A stretch of 64,000 nucleotides of DNA from assembly GCA_051599415.1 (NCBI GenBank), contig AP039701.1, positions 372,001 to 436,000 of the forward strand. The letters are read 5' to 3'. Below are positions 31,918 to 42,347 of this stretch, one piece after another. This DNA comes from Savitreella phatthalungensis (lineage: Eukaryota). Under the pieces are notes generated by a model. It was not told the DNA's origin. It did not search any database and saw nothing but the letters and a program-made list of their open reading frames with translations. A program made the position numbers and the translations under genes. The stretch's first letter is position 1; each line of letters starts with the position of its first letter.

Positions 31918-33540
31918 ATGGTCTTTGACGCCAGTGCCCCAATCCGACGCAAGGGACAGCCGGTCAGCGGTCTCTCTTTGGAGAGTGCTGCTGCTGAGGA
32001 AGCTGCAGAAGTTGAAGCCCTTATCGCGTCTCGGAATCAGCGTCTATCGCAGAGCTCGGCCACTGCAGAGAAGCCAAAGAATTTGGAGCAGGTTTACGAC
32101 TTCAGGGTGAAGTCGAACAACAACAATGCTTCAAATAACATGTTTGTTAGTCGCAAAGGCCATTCAAATTCGATGTCTTCCGTCGGGGGAAGCTCTAACG
32201 CGGGGAGTATCATCTCTTCCGCCGCTGGTGGATCCGCTGGCGGTGTCATGTCTCCCGGGAGCAGCACAGGCTCTGGGATGATTGGAGCGGGTTCTGCAAG
32301 CAAGCACCGCGCCAGCTTCGGCACGAGCTCGCGGCCGACTTTCAATTTCACCATTCAACGCCCATCTAGTCCGAGTCTCTCGTCAACAAGATCGTCGCGA
32401 CGATCGAATAGTCCTGGTCGCACTCCTGATGATGCGGCCTGGCGAGGTGCCCATCGAAAGCTGAGCGAGCAAGCTTTGCAACACAGTTCAGGCTCTCTTT
32501 CTCAGCTACCGCCCTCTGCACTCTACAAGAAGCAACAGGAGAAGGACCAGGTGTTCAAAGATCACGATCCGGACAACGCCATCGAATCGGACAGCGAAAG
32601 TGACGATTCGAGCGAGGACGAGGACAGTGGCAAAAAGAAAGGCTCAGGTCCAGAGCTGGGAAGGCGACCTGAAGAGCGACCGCCCATGTCGCTGGCGCAA
32701 GCGGCTGAGAACGAGCGACTCGACATCATCCGTGACCATAGTGCTCGGGTGCTCGCGAGGCAGAGACTTGACTACGGATTGAATGCTATTATCAGTGACA
32801 ATTCACCATCCGCAACACGTCGCAAGCAGGTGCGACCCAACACATCTTTCATGGATGAGGCTCATTTGAACACTCCCGAGAACAGCGATGAGGAGGAAGA
32901 GCGGGACTGGCGATTACGAGATTTGACCATCCTGAAGTCTGATCCGTTGGAAGATGACGGACGCATTATTTGCACTCTACAACGCGGTGGATTCGTACAA
33001 GCAGTCGAGAGAGTCAAAAGAACTCGTACTTACGTCGTTGCCGTCGATCTCTCGCCACAGGCTCAGTACGCCCTCGAATGGACGATTGGTACAGTCATGC
33101 GCGACGGCGACATTTGTCGCATTGTCAATGTCATCGAATACGACGAGCGCGAGGAACGCAAGACTGCTGAAAGCCTGAAGCTGGAACGGAAATCATGTCT
33201 GGAGGAAATTATGGTCGATGCGAAGCAGTTCTTGCAACGCACTCGCCTGGAAGTCAAGATTGAAATAGAGGTCATTCACCACGAGAGGCCAAAACATCTA
33301 TTGACAGAGATCATTGACACCACCATGCCTACCATGGTCATCATTGGCTCGAGGGGAAGGGCAAATATGACCGGAATTCTCCTAGGCTCATTCTCAAACT
33401 ACATTGTCAATAAGTCAAGTGTGCCGGTCATGGTCGCCCGCAAGCGCCTGCGACGTGGTGGAAGCAAGAAACGGAAAATCGTTCTGCCGACGACTGTCCG
33501 CATGCCCAACAATGGTATCGCCACAGCAGTCGTTGACTAG
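31918..33540 (+). CDS. Universal stress protein (USP) domain protein with a long disordered N-terminus
   Basis: C-terminal USP domain YVVAVDLSPQAQYALEWTIGTVMRDGD...IIGSRGR...ILLGSFSNYIVNKSSVPVMVARK. First ATG at 31918. Confidence 0.88.
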   Translation: MVFDASAPIRRKGQPVSGLSLESAAAEEAAEVEALIASRNQRLSQSSATAEKPKNLEQVYDFRVKSNNNNASNNMFVSRKGHSNSMSSVGGSSNAGSIISSAAGGSAGGVMSPGSSTGSGMIGAGSASKHRASFGTSSRPTFNFTIQRPSSPSLSSTRSSRRSNSPGRTPDDAAWRGAHRKLSEQALQHSSGSLSQLPPSALYKKQQEKDQVFKDHDPDNAIESDSESDDSSEDEDSGKKKGSGPELGRRPEERPPMSLAQAAENERLDIIRDHSARVLARQRLDYGLNAIISDNSPSATRRKQVRPNTSFMDEAHLNTPENSDEEEERDWRLRDLTILKSDPLEDDGRIICTLQRGGFVQAVERVKRTRTYVVAVDLSPQAQYALEWTIGTVMRDGDICRIVNVIEYDEREERKTAESLKLERKSCLEEIMVDAKQFLQRTRLEVKIEIEVIHHERPKHLLTEIIDTTMPTMVIIGSRGRANMTGILLGSFSNYIVNKSSVPVMVARKRLRRGGSKKRKIVLPTTVRMPNNGIATAVVD

Positions 33541-33903
33541 GTTTTTCATATTGCCGAATCCGCAGGCAGGAAATGAGACTTAGACATCATGAGCACGTGT
33601 AAGTCCGTTCGTTTAATCCAGGTCGGATCATATGGGGCTGGACCGCCATGAATTTGCCCGTGTGGGCGAATGCAGATCAACGTCCGTGTACAAAGCTAGT
33701 AACAGCTGTAGAATCCACCAGCATATGTGATAATCGTTGAAGGTGAATAATTCCCGTTGATCGAGCACTGCGCGTGGATTGATCAAATATCAAAATAGTG
33801 TACCCTGCAGTTGATCTAGTAATTCGCAACAGTGATCAGTGTGCCTGAAGAACGCATCCTTACAGTGATATACATTGGACCGGACCGTCCTTACACGTTA
33901 GCC

Positions 33904-36900
33904 ATGCCCGACATGAAACGCAAGCATGCAGCCGGTGCTGGAGGACGGATAAGGGGCAGGCCGTCCGCTGCCGTGGCTAAGAAAGCGCGATCAGGGTCAC
34001 AAGCAGCGGAGAAGCCACGAAAGACGGCGAGTGGTGCTCGCCAACGCGCTCTTAACGCTTATGATGACGCAGCTCACCGATCTGACAGCATGAAAGGTCA
34101 TTCTGACTCAGATGCAGCTGATCGCGAGCGTGGATTCCGCACTGGTGTCATGGGAGTCGATGGACGTGATAAGGATGGACTTGACGAGGATGAAGAAATT
34201 GACTCAGATGAGGCCTTCGAGAGCGGCGACGACGAGCGCTACAGCTCATTTCGATTTCGCGGCTCATCAAGCAAGCGCAAGCAGGCACGAACGTGCCCCG
34301 ACGATGCTTCACTGACAACGAACGCGAAAGAACGGCTGATGCGCCGAACCAAGGCCTCCCGAAATGACGTCGCCACCAGCATCAGCCTCGCAGAAGAGTC
34401 CTCCGGGGATGAGAATACACAGTCTATGAGAGTCCGGCAGCTTGAATCGTCAAGCGCTATGACAGCACGGCAAAGCAGCGGCCGACCAATGGACAAGCAG
34501 TCCGATAGCGATGCCTCAGATGATTCGTCCCTCGAGCATGGCTCACAAACGACTGCCAGTGACTTCGAGGATGATGATGCCGATGATTTGATGGACCTCA
34601 GCGAAATGCTTGGGTCAACAAACTCGTCTGGATCAAATGTTCGATCTATCGAGACCGGCCAACGACGCTTGTCTCGCAGTCACCTTGACACACTAGATGA
34701 GATTCCTTACGAGAGGGCCTCAATGTCCGGTAGTGAAGCGGCTGGCAGTGAATTGCTCAGTGAAAGCCCTGACATGCACACGGACGACTCGAATAACTCA
34801 GACAGCGTCCACGAGGACAGCAGCGACCAAGAATCCGTCGATCTTCAAGCTGAGGACAATCTTTCGCGGCTGAGCTCCACGGATGCACTATCTGACGACG
34901 GGCAGGTGGCTCTCCGTCGCTTTGTCGACTCGCTCGACTCGAAAGACGTGAAGCATGACTCGATGCTGGTCCCTGCCAGACGGACAGAGGTTGATATCAA
35001 TGAGGGGAAGCGCGAGTCTGAGCACAACGTCACGGTCCTTTTGGAGGATGGTAAGCTGAGGCTGGAGGATCTCATGCGCGGCATCTCATCAGAAGATGTG
35101 CCAGAACTCGAACAGCGAGGCAAACGCAAATTTCCTTTGCCTGCGCCGCTTGCTAGACCCATCCAGGAGCGCGTCGACCGTGCGGCTGCATATGAAGCAG
35201 TCAAGAAGCATATTAGCAAGTGGCAGCCAGCGGTCAAACAGATGCGCGAAGCTGATCATATACACTTCAAAGCGCTCGAGAAAGGGTTGACGACCAGCAA
35301 CTCGCTCGCAGCAGATACTGTGCCGTCAAATACATTTGAGGAGCAGCTGTTCGAGCTGCTCGAGCACAGTGGACTGAAAAGCGAGCGCGATGTCACATCG
35401 CTCGAAGATTTTGAGCTGGCTAAGCTGTCTCAAGAAGAGGTGGCCAGTCGACGGGCGGAGTTGGCCAAGTTGCGAGATCTGCTCTTTCGTCAGGAGCGTA
35501 AAGCTAAACGTGAAGCGAAAATCAAGTCCAAAAGCTATCGTCGCATTCATCGGAAGGAGAAGGAGAGGCTTCGAGCGGAACTACAAGCAGCAGATGGAGA
35601 ACAGGACGATGCGGAAGAGCTCGCTCGCAAACGCGAGGAGGCTCGTGCTCGCGAACGTGTCGAGCTTCGCCACAAAAACACTGGTAAATGGGCGCAACGT
35701 ATGATTGCGCGATCCCAGCCTGGTGATGGATCAAGACAGGCTATTTCTGACCAGCTCCGCAAGGGTGAGGAGCTCACGCGCAAGATCAGGGAAGGTCCTG
35801 ATATGGCAGATTCTGAGGATGACGATACCTGCCTCGCATATCCGGGGATAGAGATACAGATTTACCGCACGAGGGTGTCTTTGCCATGAAATTCATGCGT
35901 GATGCAGATGAGAAAACGAGACAAGACAGGATGACAGGATGGTCCAACGGCGACGACAATGACGATACGTACGATGACCTCGACCCGGCGAAAGATACCA
36001 CCTTCATCGGCAACAACGTTGGGCATCGAATGTTTACCGGAGGAACTCTTAAAACGGCCCTGAATGCTAGCAAGAATCCTTTTCAGCTACGATCCACGGC
36101 CGTCAAAGACGGTTTGATATCAAATGCTGACACCGATTCAGCTGCACCGATCGATCGGCAACGCAACGGCGTTGTTAAGGAAGATTTTCCTGAGGTCAAC
36201 CCTTGGCTAGCTGCTGACCCAGTCCGAAGCACCGCTCCCGATCGATTCAGGACGACCCGAGTGTACCGTAAGGATGATGATGCAAATGTCAAATTTGCCG
36301 CTAAGCTTGCAAAACGCGGAGCAAGCTCAAAAGATCCTCGGTTGCAGCTGGGCAACATCAAACTCCGCACCACATCAACAATGACTGCTGTCGGGAATGC
36401 GGTCGCGGATGACAGTGAGAATGACGACAAAGATGACGAAAACCATCTCAATTCGGAGATGCTTCCCAATGCGCGCAAGGGACCGATTGCATTGAAGCAA
36501 GCAGACCTGGTGGCTCAAGCTTTCGCCGGCGATGATGTTATCGCAGAGTTTGCGGACATAAAAGAAGCGGTCACTCTGGAGGACGCACCCATCGAGGTCA
36601 ACACTCGTTTGCCCGGATGGGGTTCTTGGGGTGGGGCCGGGGTCGGCGAGAAACAGCGAAAGCGGCAACTAGTCAAGGACAAGGCACGGTTCATCAAGAC
36701 AATGCCAAGCGGAATCGCGAAAGAAGCTCGACGCGATGCTAAGTTGGGCCATGTTGTACTGAATGAGAAGAGACTCAAGCAAGCACAGCCACTTATGGCA
36801 CAGAAAGTGCCGTTCCCCTTCGAAACGAGAGAGCAGTACGAGCGAAGCTTACGCATGCCCCTCGGGCCTGAATGGGCGACGCGGTCTACGTTCCAGCGCC

Positions 36901-36974
36901 AAACCAAGCCGCGCGTTATGGTGGATCACGGGACAATTGTGCACCCAATGGCGAAGCCGTTCGAAGAGGACTAG
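33904..36974 (+). CDS. UTP14: U3 snoRNP/SSU processome protein Utp14; reading frame changes at about 35765-35889
   Basis: Frame A: DEEIDSDEAF, RAAAYE...KWQPAVK, KIKSKSYRRIHRKEK, ERVELRHKNTGKWA. Frame B: GVFAMKFMR, NPWL, AFAGDDVIAEF, LPGWGSWGG, PFPFETREQYERSLRMPLGPEW. Confidence 0.9.
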
Positions 36975-38063
36975 ATAGCGCAAATGACTCAAGGCGATGA
37001 CATGATCAAGGAGAGGAACAACGAGGTGTGAGGAACTGCGGTTAATTTGCAACATTCTGTAATGTCACCAGTCTCGTCAATGAAATCTGCGAAGAGCTGC
37101 ATTGAGTGCTCCGTCGAGATTGTGCTTGATATATTGATGAAACTCGGTCATTCCTGTGGCACGACTTGTTCGCGCTTGAATTTATGGTGCTTGAAGGCGA
37201 TTCCGCTCGCAAATACTGTGGGCTGCTGGTAGTAGCTTCTTCATCCGAGCTTTCATGTCTCTTGCAGTAGCTACCGACTGCAGTATTGACCTTGTTCCGA
37301 AATAAGTCATTACGCGTGGCAATTACTCAACTTTCGTACACTCAGCATCATAGATGCTCTGTGTTTCACCGTTATTCCGTGATGTGTGCCTTTCGCTTTG
37401 TCGGTCGGTCAAGGCCTAACGCAGTCCATCTGCTGAAGAGCTTGAAGAACTACCATGTATCGACTGACCTAGTAAGTCACTCTGTTGCCACACACAGTAC
37501 TTGTGCTTCGGCTGTGGAGATAAGTACGCACGTGCATTTCCAGATGAGCTCAGACTTCACCATATATATGCATGTCTCGAAAATAATGGATTGGTATCGT
37601 ACACCGTGAATATCCCTCTCTTTGTCTCGGAAGCATTTAACCTCGGCCAGCAGATCTGATAGAAACACACCGGGGACTTCGACGGTTATCTTCCTATGCA
37701 CGTCAGGTGATGGCTTCATTGCAAAACAAAATGAACACGCTGCCGCGCCACCTTTCTATTGCTCTTGCACACTGCTTCGTTGTCATGACTGTCAGAAGCA
37801 CAATGTCATGGATGTGTCATTCAGTACATACGTGTGTCTCTGATCTACTTGGATGATCAATCGCCACCTATTGCGCATTTAATCCAGTCTGTTCATCCTG
37901 CGCAGACGATTCACGAGCATGGCCTTAGTCACAATGCTCCAACGTACGCGAATGACAAATTCAATTCATGGCGGAAGCCCATAACCGGCCAATAGGAACT
38001 GAGACTTGCGCCAGAATGAGCCATAGCTCACAATGATACTTCAAGACTTGGGACCGAAGGAAA

Positions 38064-38069
38064 CCTCGG
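38064..38069 (+). promoter_or_regulatory. Possible FarA/Ctf1-type fatty-acid response element (CCTCGG); second copy at 37641-37646
   Basis: CCTCGG about 505 bp upstream of the peroxisomal thiolase ATG; this hexamer is the known FarA/FarB core. A short motif, so it could be chance. Confidence 0.35.
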
Positions 38070-38514
38070 CAATTTATGGAGCCGCAGGAAGGACAGACCG
38101 AGATCCAATTTGGATACGTTGCTATCTATTGGCACTCCATCAGATTCTAGTAAGTTCATGATTGAATGGCAATGGATTTCCAGCGTATTGAGATCTCCGA
38201 TGTGGAGCAATGTATAGGACGACTGAGGAAAAGTCTCTTAGTTGGAATTGATATAGAACCGGTCACAGGAGTTGCAGTATTTTGCAGCACATTTTAAAGA
38301 CAGGCAGGATTAGTTTCAGGAGGAGCTACCTGTATCTGGCGACCTTGTATTACCCCACCAATCCAAGCAGCGACGACTCAGTATCTCATAGGTCTCTCGT
38401 TCACTGGATCCGCTTACCCCGACGACACGTCCTCCACACACTCAGCACGACCACCTAAGCTCGGGCTCCTGGTCTTCCCTTGCGAATCAATTCTCAGACT
38501 CCTCGAGCCCTTCA

Positions 38515-38521
38515 TATAAAA
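38515..38521 (+). promoter_or_regulatory. TATA box of the thiolase gene
   Basis: TATAAAA beginning 58 bp upstream of the ATG at 38573. Confidence 0.6.
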
Positions 38522-38572
38522 GTCGTCTCTCCACCAGTTCGCACCCCTTCAACACTCCGGAAATAACTTACA

Positions 38573-39817
38573 ATGGCCTCGAGACTGTCCCAGATTGCAT
38601 CGCACCTTGGTGTTGGCGGCAAGTCTTCTGTGACTTCACAGAACGCCGACGACGTCGTCATCGTCTCTGCCTGTCGCACTGCCCTCACTAAAGGTAAGAA
38701 GGGAGGATTCAAGGACACCAATGTCGAGGATCTCCTGACTGCGGCATTGAAAGGTGTCCTCGACCGATCTGGTATCGATCCGAAGCTCATTGAGGATGTC
38801 GCTGTTGGAACTGTCCTTTCTCCAGGCGGTGGCGCTACTCTCTTCCGAGCTGGTTCTCTGGTAGCCGGAATTCCCAATACCGCGGCTGTCAACGCTGTCA
38901 ACCGCCAGTGCTCCTCAGGTCTCCAGGCAGTCGTCCAGATCGCCCAGGAGATTCAGTCTGGTATGATCGAGGTCGGAATTGGCGCCGGCGCGGAGTCAAT
39001 GACACAGCACTACGGTGCGGGCGCCATGGGCTCAATCTCTGAGGCGTGCGAGGCAAACGAAGAGGCTGCTGACTGCACTGTTCCCATGGGTATCACGTCT
39101 GAGAATGTTGCAAAGGAATTCAACGTCTCTCGGCGCGATCAGGACCAGTTTGCGGCGGACTCTTACCGCAAGGCCGAAGCTGCTCAGAAGGCCGGTCTCT
39201 TTAAGGAAGAGATTGTTCCTGTCAAGGTCACCTTCAGTGACCCCAAATCTGGCGATGACAAAGAGATTGTTGTTGACCAGGACGACGGCATCCGTTATGG
39301 CACGACATTTGAGTCGCTGAACAAGCTCAAGCCTGCCTTCGACAAGGACGGTTACACGACAGCCGGTAACGCTTCCCAGGTCTCTGACGGCGCCGCCGCC
39401 GTCCTGCTCATGAAGCGCTCCAAGGCCAAAGAACTTGGCCTTCCAATCATCGGCAAATACGTGGCTGCTGCTGTCGTCGGCGTACCGCCACGCATCATGG
39501 GCGTCGGACCTGCTTTCGCCATTCCAGCGGTGCTGAAGAAGACCGGCCTCACCAAGGACGACATTGACATTTACGAGATCAATGAGGCATTTGCTTCGCA
39601 GGCGCTCATGTCAATCCGTCACGTCGGCATTGATCCTGCAAAGGTTAACCCCAAGGGTGGTGCGATCGCGTTCGGACACCCGCTCGGAGCCACTGGCGCA
39701 CGTCAGATTTCTACCCTGCTAACCGAGCTCAAGCGCACAAACAAGAAGATTGGCCTGACCTCTATGTGCATCGGTACCGGCATGGGTATGGCCGCTGTTT
39801 TCGTCTCAGAGGCTTAA
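38573..39817 (+). CDS. POT1: Peroxisomal 3-ketoacyl-CoA thiolase
   Basis: PTS2 RLSQIASHL at the N-terminus; catalytic NRQCSSGLQA, EINEAFASQ, GHPLGATGAR, SMCIGTGMG. Confidence 0.96.
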   Translation: MASRLSQIASHLGVGGKSSVTSQNADDVVIVSACRTALTKGKKGGFKDTNVEDLLTAALKGVLDRSGIDPKLIEDVAVGTVLSPGGGATLFRAGSLVAGIPNTAAVNAVNRQCSSGLQAVVQIAQEIQSGMIEVGIGAGAESMTQHYGAGAMGSISEACEANEEAADCTVPMGITSENVAKEFNVSRRDQDQFAADSYRKAEAAQKAGLFKEEIVPVKVTFSDPKSGDDKEIVVDQDDGIRYGTTFESLNKLKPAFDKDGYTTAGNASQVSDGAAAVLLMKRSKAKELGLPIIGKYVAAAVVGVPPRIMGVGPAFAIPAVLKKTGLTKDDIDIYEINEAFASQALMSIRHVGIDPAKVNPKGGAIAFGHPLGATGARQISTLLTELKRTNKKIGLTSMCIGTGMGMAAVFVSEA

Positions 39818-40003
39818 GCAATTGCACTTCCGCTTGTCGTAGATTTCGTGCCCATTTCTACCATGCTTTACGTCCTTTATGAAGCCCGAACTGACGTGCT
39901 TGCCGTAGCCGCTCCTGAGAGACCTCCCTTGCCGAATCAACCACGGGTTTTCAGTGAATCAAATGCACATTTATGCTGCTCTGATTCCGAAATTCCTCGC
40001 TCC

Positions 40004-42121
40004 ATGAATGAGCTCATACATTGGTTCAGGAAGCATGGTGGCTACGTTGATCAATCGATTGAGTTCGTTGATACAAGCGATCGCGGTGTCATTGCTCGGT
40101 GTCGCAAACCAATTCAGGCGAATCAGCGGCTTGTGCAAGTCCCTTGCGGCCTCGCACTCGATCCTCGCAGGGCAATTCCTGATGTCGGCTTCTGGTCATC
40201 AATAGTCGAGCATGACTTTGAGGCGCTGCTCCTGGCCTTGATCCTGATATGCGAGTACAGATCATACCTCCAGCATCTCCAAGCTCCCGATGCTCGACAA
40301 TCCTCGTTCTGGCATGCGTATCTCGCAATCTTGCCAGCGCCACCCAGTCCGCGCGCGTTTGGTGATTATGTACGGGCGTTCGGTCCGGACCAAGCTGCGA
40401 TCAGATCAGCTTCGTCCTCATTCCATTGCCTGCCGGCCTACGCACCAGAGCTTGAAGATCTTCTGCTTGGGACAAATCTCAGCGGCGAGGCACAAAGGCT
40501 GTTTCAAGGGCGTCTGCGATCGCTGACAGGGTTTCGAGCCCTGGTTCAGCTACATGAGGGTCTCAATAGGTCGAGCAAGCACGGCTGGAAAAGTGTGCTA
40601 TACGATGTATCAAACGACGAACTTCAATGGGCATTCGCAGTAATCGATTCGCGCAGTTTCCCTTCCCGACTTCTCCATACCACGAAGCAGGATGAGGTCG
40701 ACTCCTGGCCGATCCTGTTGCCGGTCATTGATTGCATCAATCATGGTCCGCGGGCGAGAATAGAGTGGCGGAGCGACCATACATTCGAACACGGGCATAT
40801 TGCAACGGTAAACTCTGCCGTCTTTACAAGTCTGCAGTCATACGCAGCAGGTGCAGAAGTCTTGAACAATTACGGCGCAAAAGGTAACGATGCCTTTCTG
40901 CTTGGTTATGGCTTCGTGCTCACAGACGTCAGCCTGGAGACCGTAGCGCTGCGTCTTGGGCTACCGGGTGACGTGGCTAAAGAGATCGAAGACATGGAAG
41001 ATCGACGGGAGTCAACAAAGGCCGTGCAACTGAGAAGGCGTTGGGAGACCTGTGTATTACTGTCAATCGACAAACCGTACAGTGAAGAGCTTGTGAGCGC
41101 CATTTCCGACCGGCTGGCGCAGGATTGGCGAAGTCAGAGCTGGCGCATGTCAGAACCGAGAGGGCGAAACCTAGGCTCGCAGTATGACAGAGCGCGGGCA
41201 ATGCTGCAGGCCTACCGGATGCTCTCGAAAAATCACAGGAGGCTCGCAAAGTCGACGAATAGGCTGATCAAAGACGACCGAGAGTCATTCGCACATCGAT
41301 CCATGCCTCGGAGTTTTCGTGCCGATCAGAATTGGCGAAATGCCATGATATATCGTCAGTCCCAAATTGCTGTACTTTCGAGGGCAGTCGACGTAACGAA
41401 GGAGAAGCTCAAAAGCCTTCTCGTGCCGTCACACATTTCTAGGCACACTCCAACAAGCCTTCGGTGCGCCTTTACTCTTGCAGCGCTTCGCCGGACTGAT
41501 GCATATCCTGGTCCTATTCCAACACTAAAGCATGCAACGCTTGAGCAACGCTACGTTGACGCCATTGTGTCGCGCATCAGCCACGCATCGAGGGACGGGC
41601 ATTTGCCGACGATCGCCTGCAAGTCCGAATCACATCCACAGGAATCAAGGATATCCGTCGCTGAGATCGACGATGTTGTAGGACAGGCTCTGACTTATTT
41701 GAATATGGCGATCGAGGTGCACTGCGAGACTGACGCAGATCGCCGGGCCACGGTCATGGACTTGACTGCGGGCCTGTACATCGCAAGACTGCTCGCTCAG
41801 GATCTCCAAGTGGAAGCAGGCCGCTCGTCAAAGCGTCCCAAGCGCTCGGAACGAGCGCTTGAACACCTGAGGAGCTTCCTTGTTCATGAACTGGACGAGC
41901 GTCAAATCACTTCAATCCTTACGCAGAATGATGAATATACGTCGATCCAGGCTCTCGCCGTTCCGACTCATCTTTTTGACTCAGTCATCCGAGATCAGAC
42001 GACTTCTTACGGTCTTGTCAGCCCAGACTCTATCATCAAGGTATTTCCAGGGGGCAAAAGTAAGCAAGTGGACGACGAGATTTTCATATTCGGTGAGACG
42101 TCAAACAATTCTCTGAATTGA
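40004..42121 (+). CDS. SET-domain protein-lysine methyltransferase (Rkm1/Efm1/SETD3-like)
   Basis: LIHWFRKHGG, DRGVIA, SFWHAYLAILP, WAFAVIDSRSFP, LLPVIDCINHGP, EVLNNYGAKGNDAFLLGYGFV. The start could be the upstream in-frame ATG at 39863. Confidence 0.85.
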   Translation: MNELIHWFRKHGGYVDQSIEFVDTSDRGVIARCRKPIQANQRLVQVPCGLALDPRRAIPDVGFWSSIVEHDFEALLLALILICEYRSYLQHLQAPDARQSSFWHAYLAILPAPPSPRAFGDYVRAFGPDQAAIRSASSSFHCLPAYAPELEDLLLGTNLSGEAQRLFQGRLRSLTGFRALVQLHEGLNRSSKHGWKSVLYDVSNDELQWAFAVIDSRSFPSRLLHTTKQDEVDSWPILLPVIDCINHGPRARIEWRSDHTFEHGHIATVNSAVFTSLQSYAAGAEVLNNYGAKGNDAFLLGYGFVLTDVSLETVALRLGLPGDVAKEIEDMEDRRESTKAVQLRRRWETCVLLSIDKPYSEELVSAISDRLAQDWRSQSWRMSEPRGRNLGSQYDRARAMLQAYRMLSKNHRRLAKSTNRLIKDDRESFAHRSMPRSFRADQNWRNAMIYRQSQIAVLSRAVDVTKEKLKSLLVPSHISRHTPTSLRCAFTLAALRRTDAYPGPIPTLKHATLEQRYVDAIVSRISHASRDGHLPTIACKSESHPQESRISVAEIDDVVGQALTYLNMAIEVHCETDADRRATVMDLTAGLYIARLLAQDLQVEAGRSSKRPKRSERALEHLRSFLVHELDERQITSILTQNDEYTSIQALAVPTHLFDSVIRDQTTSYGLVSPDSIIKVFPGGKSKQVDDEIFIFGETSNNSLN

Positions 42122-42347
42122 CAGCTCAAGGCGATCCACAAAAGGCTGTAGCCATTTACAGGTTAACGAATGCGAGTGGCGGATCTGGGACTGTCAATGC
42201 CTGGACGCTTGCCAAGTGAAATTCGGAATGAGAGTTGTGAAGCCCGGTGATTTTTTGATTTCCAGCCAGGGAATGTTTCCATCGTCTTTCGAGGCGTGAA
42301 AACCTTGGTTACATGGACAGCAAGGCATATGGATTTGCTTATTGATT

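Noticed and set aside
36980..37850. Short ORFs between UTP14 and POT1 (e.g. 37477..37719 minus)
   Set aside because: At most about 107 aa, no family motifs and no consistent splice model.
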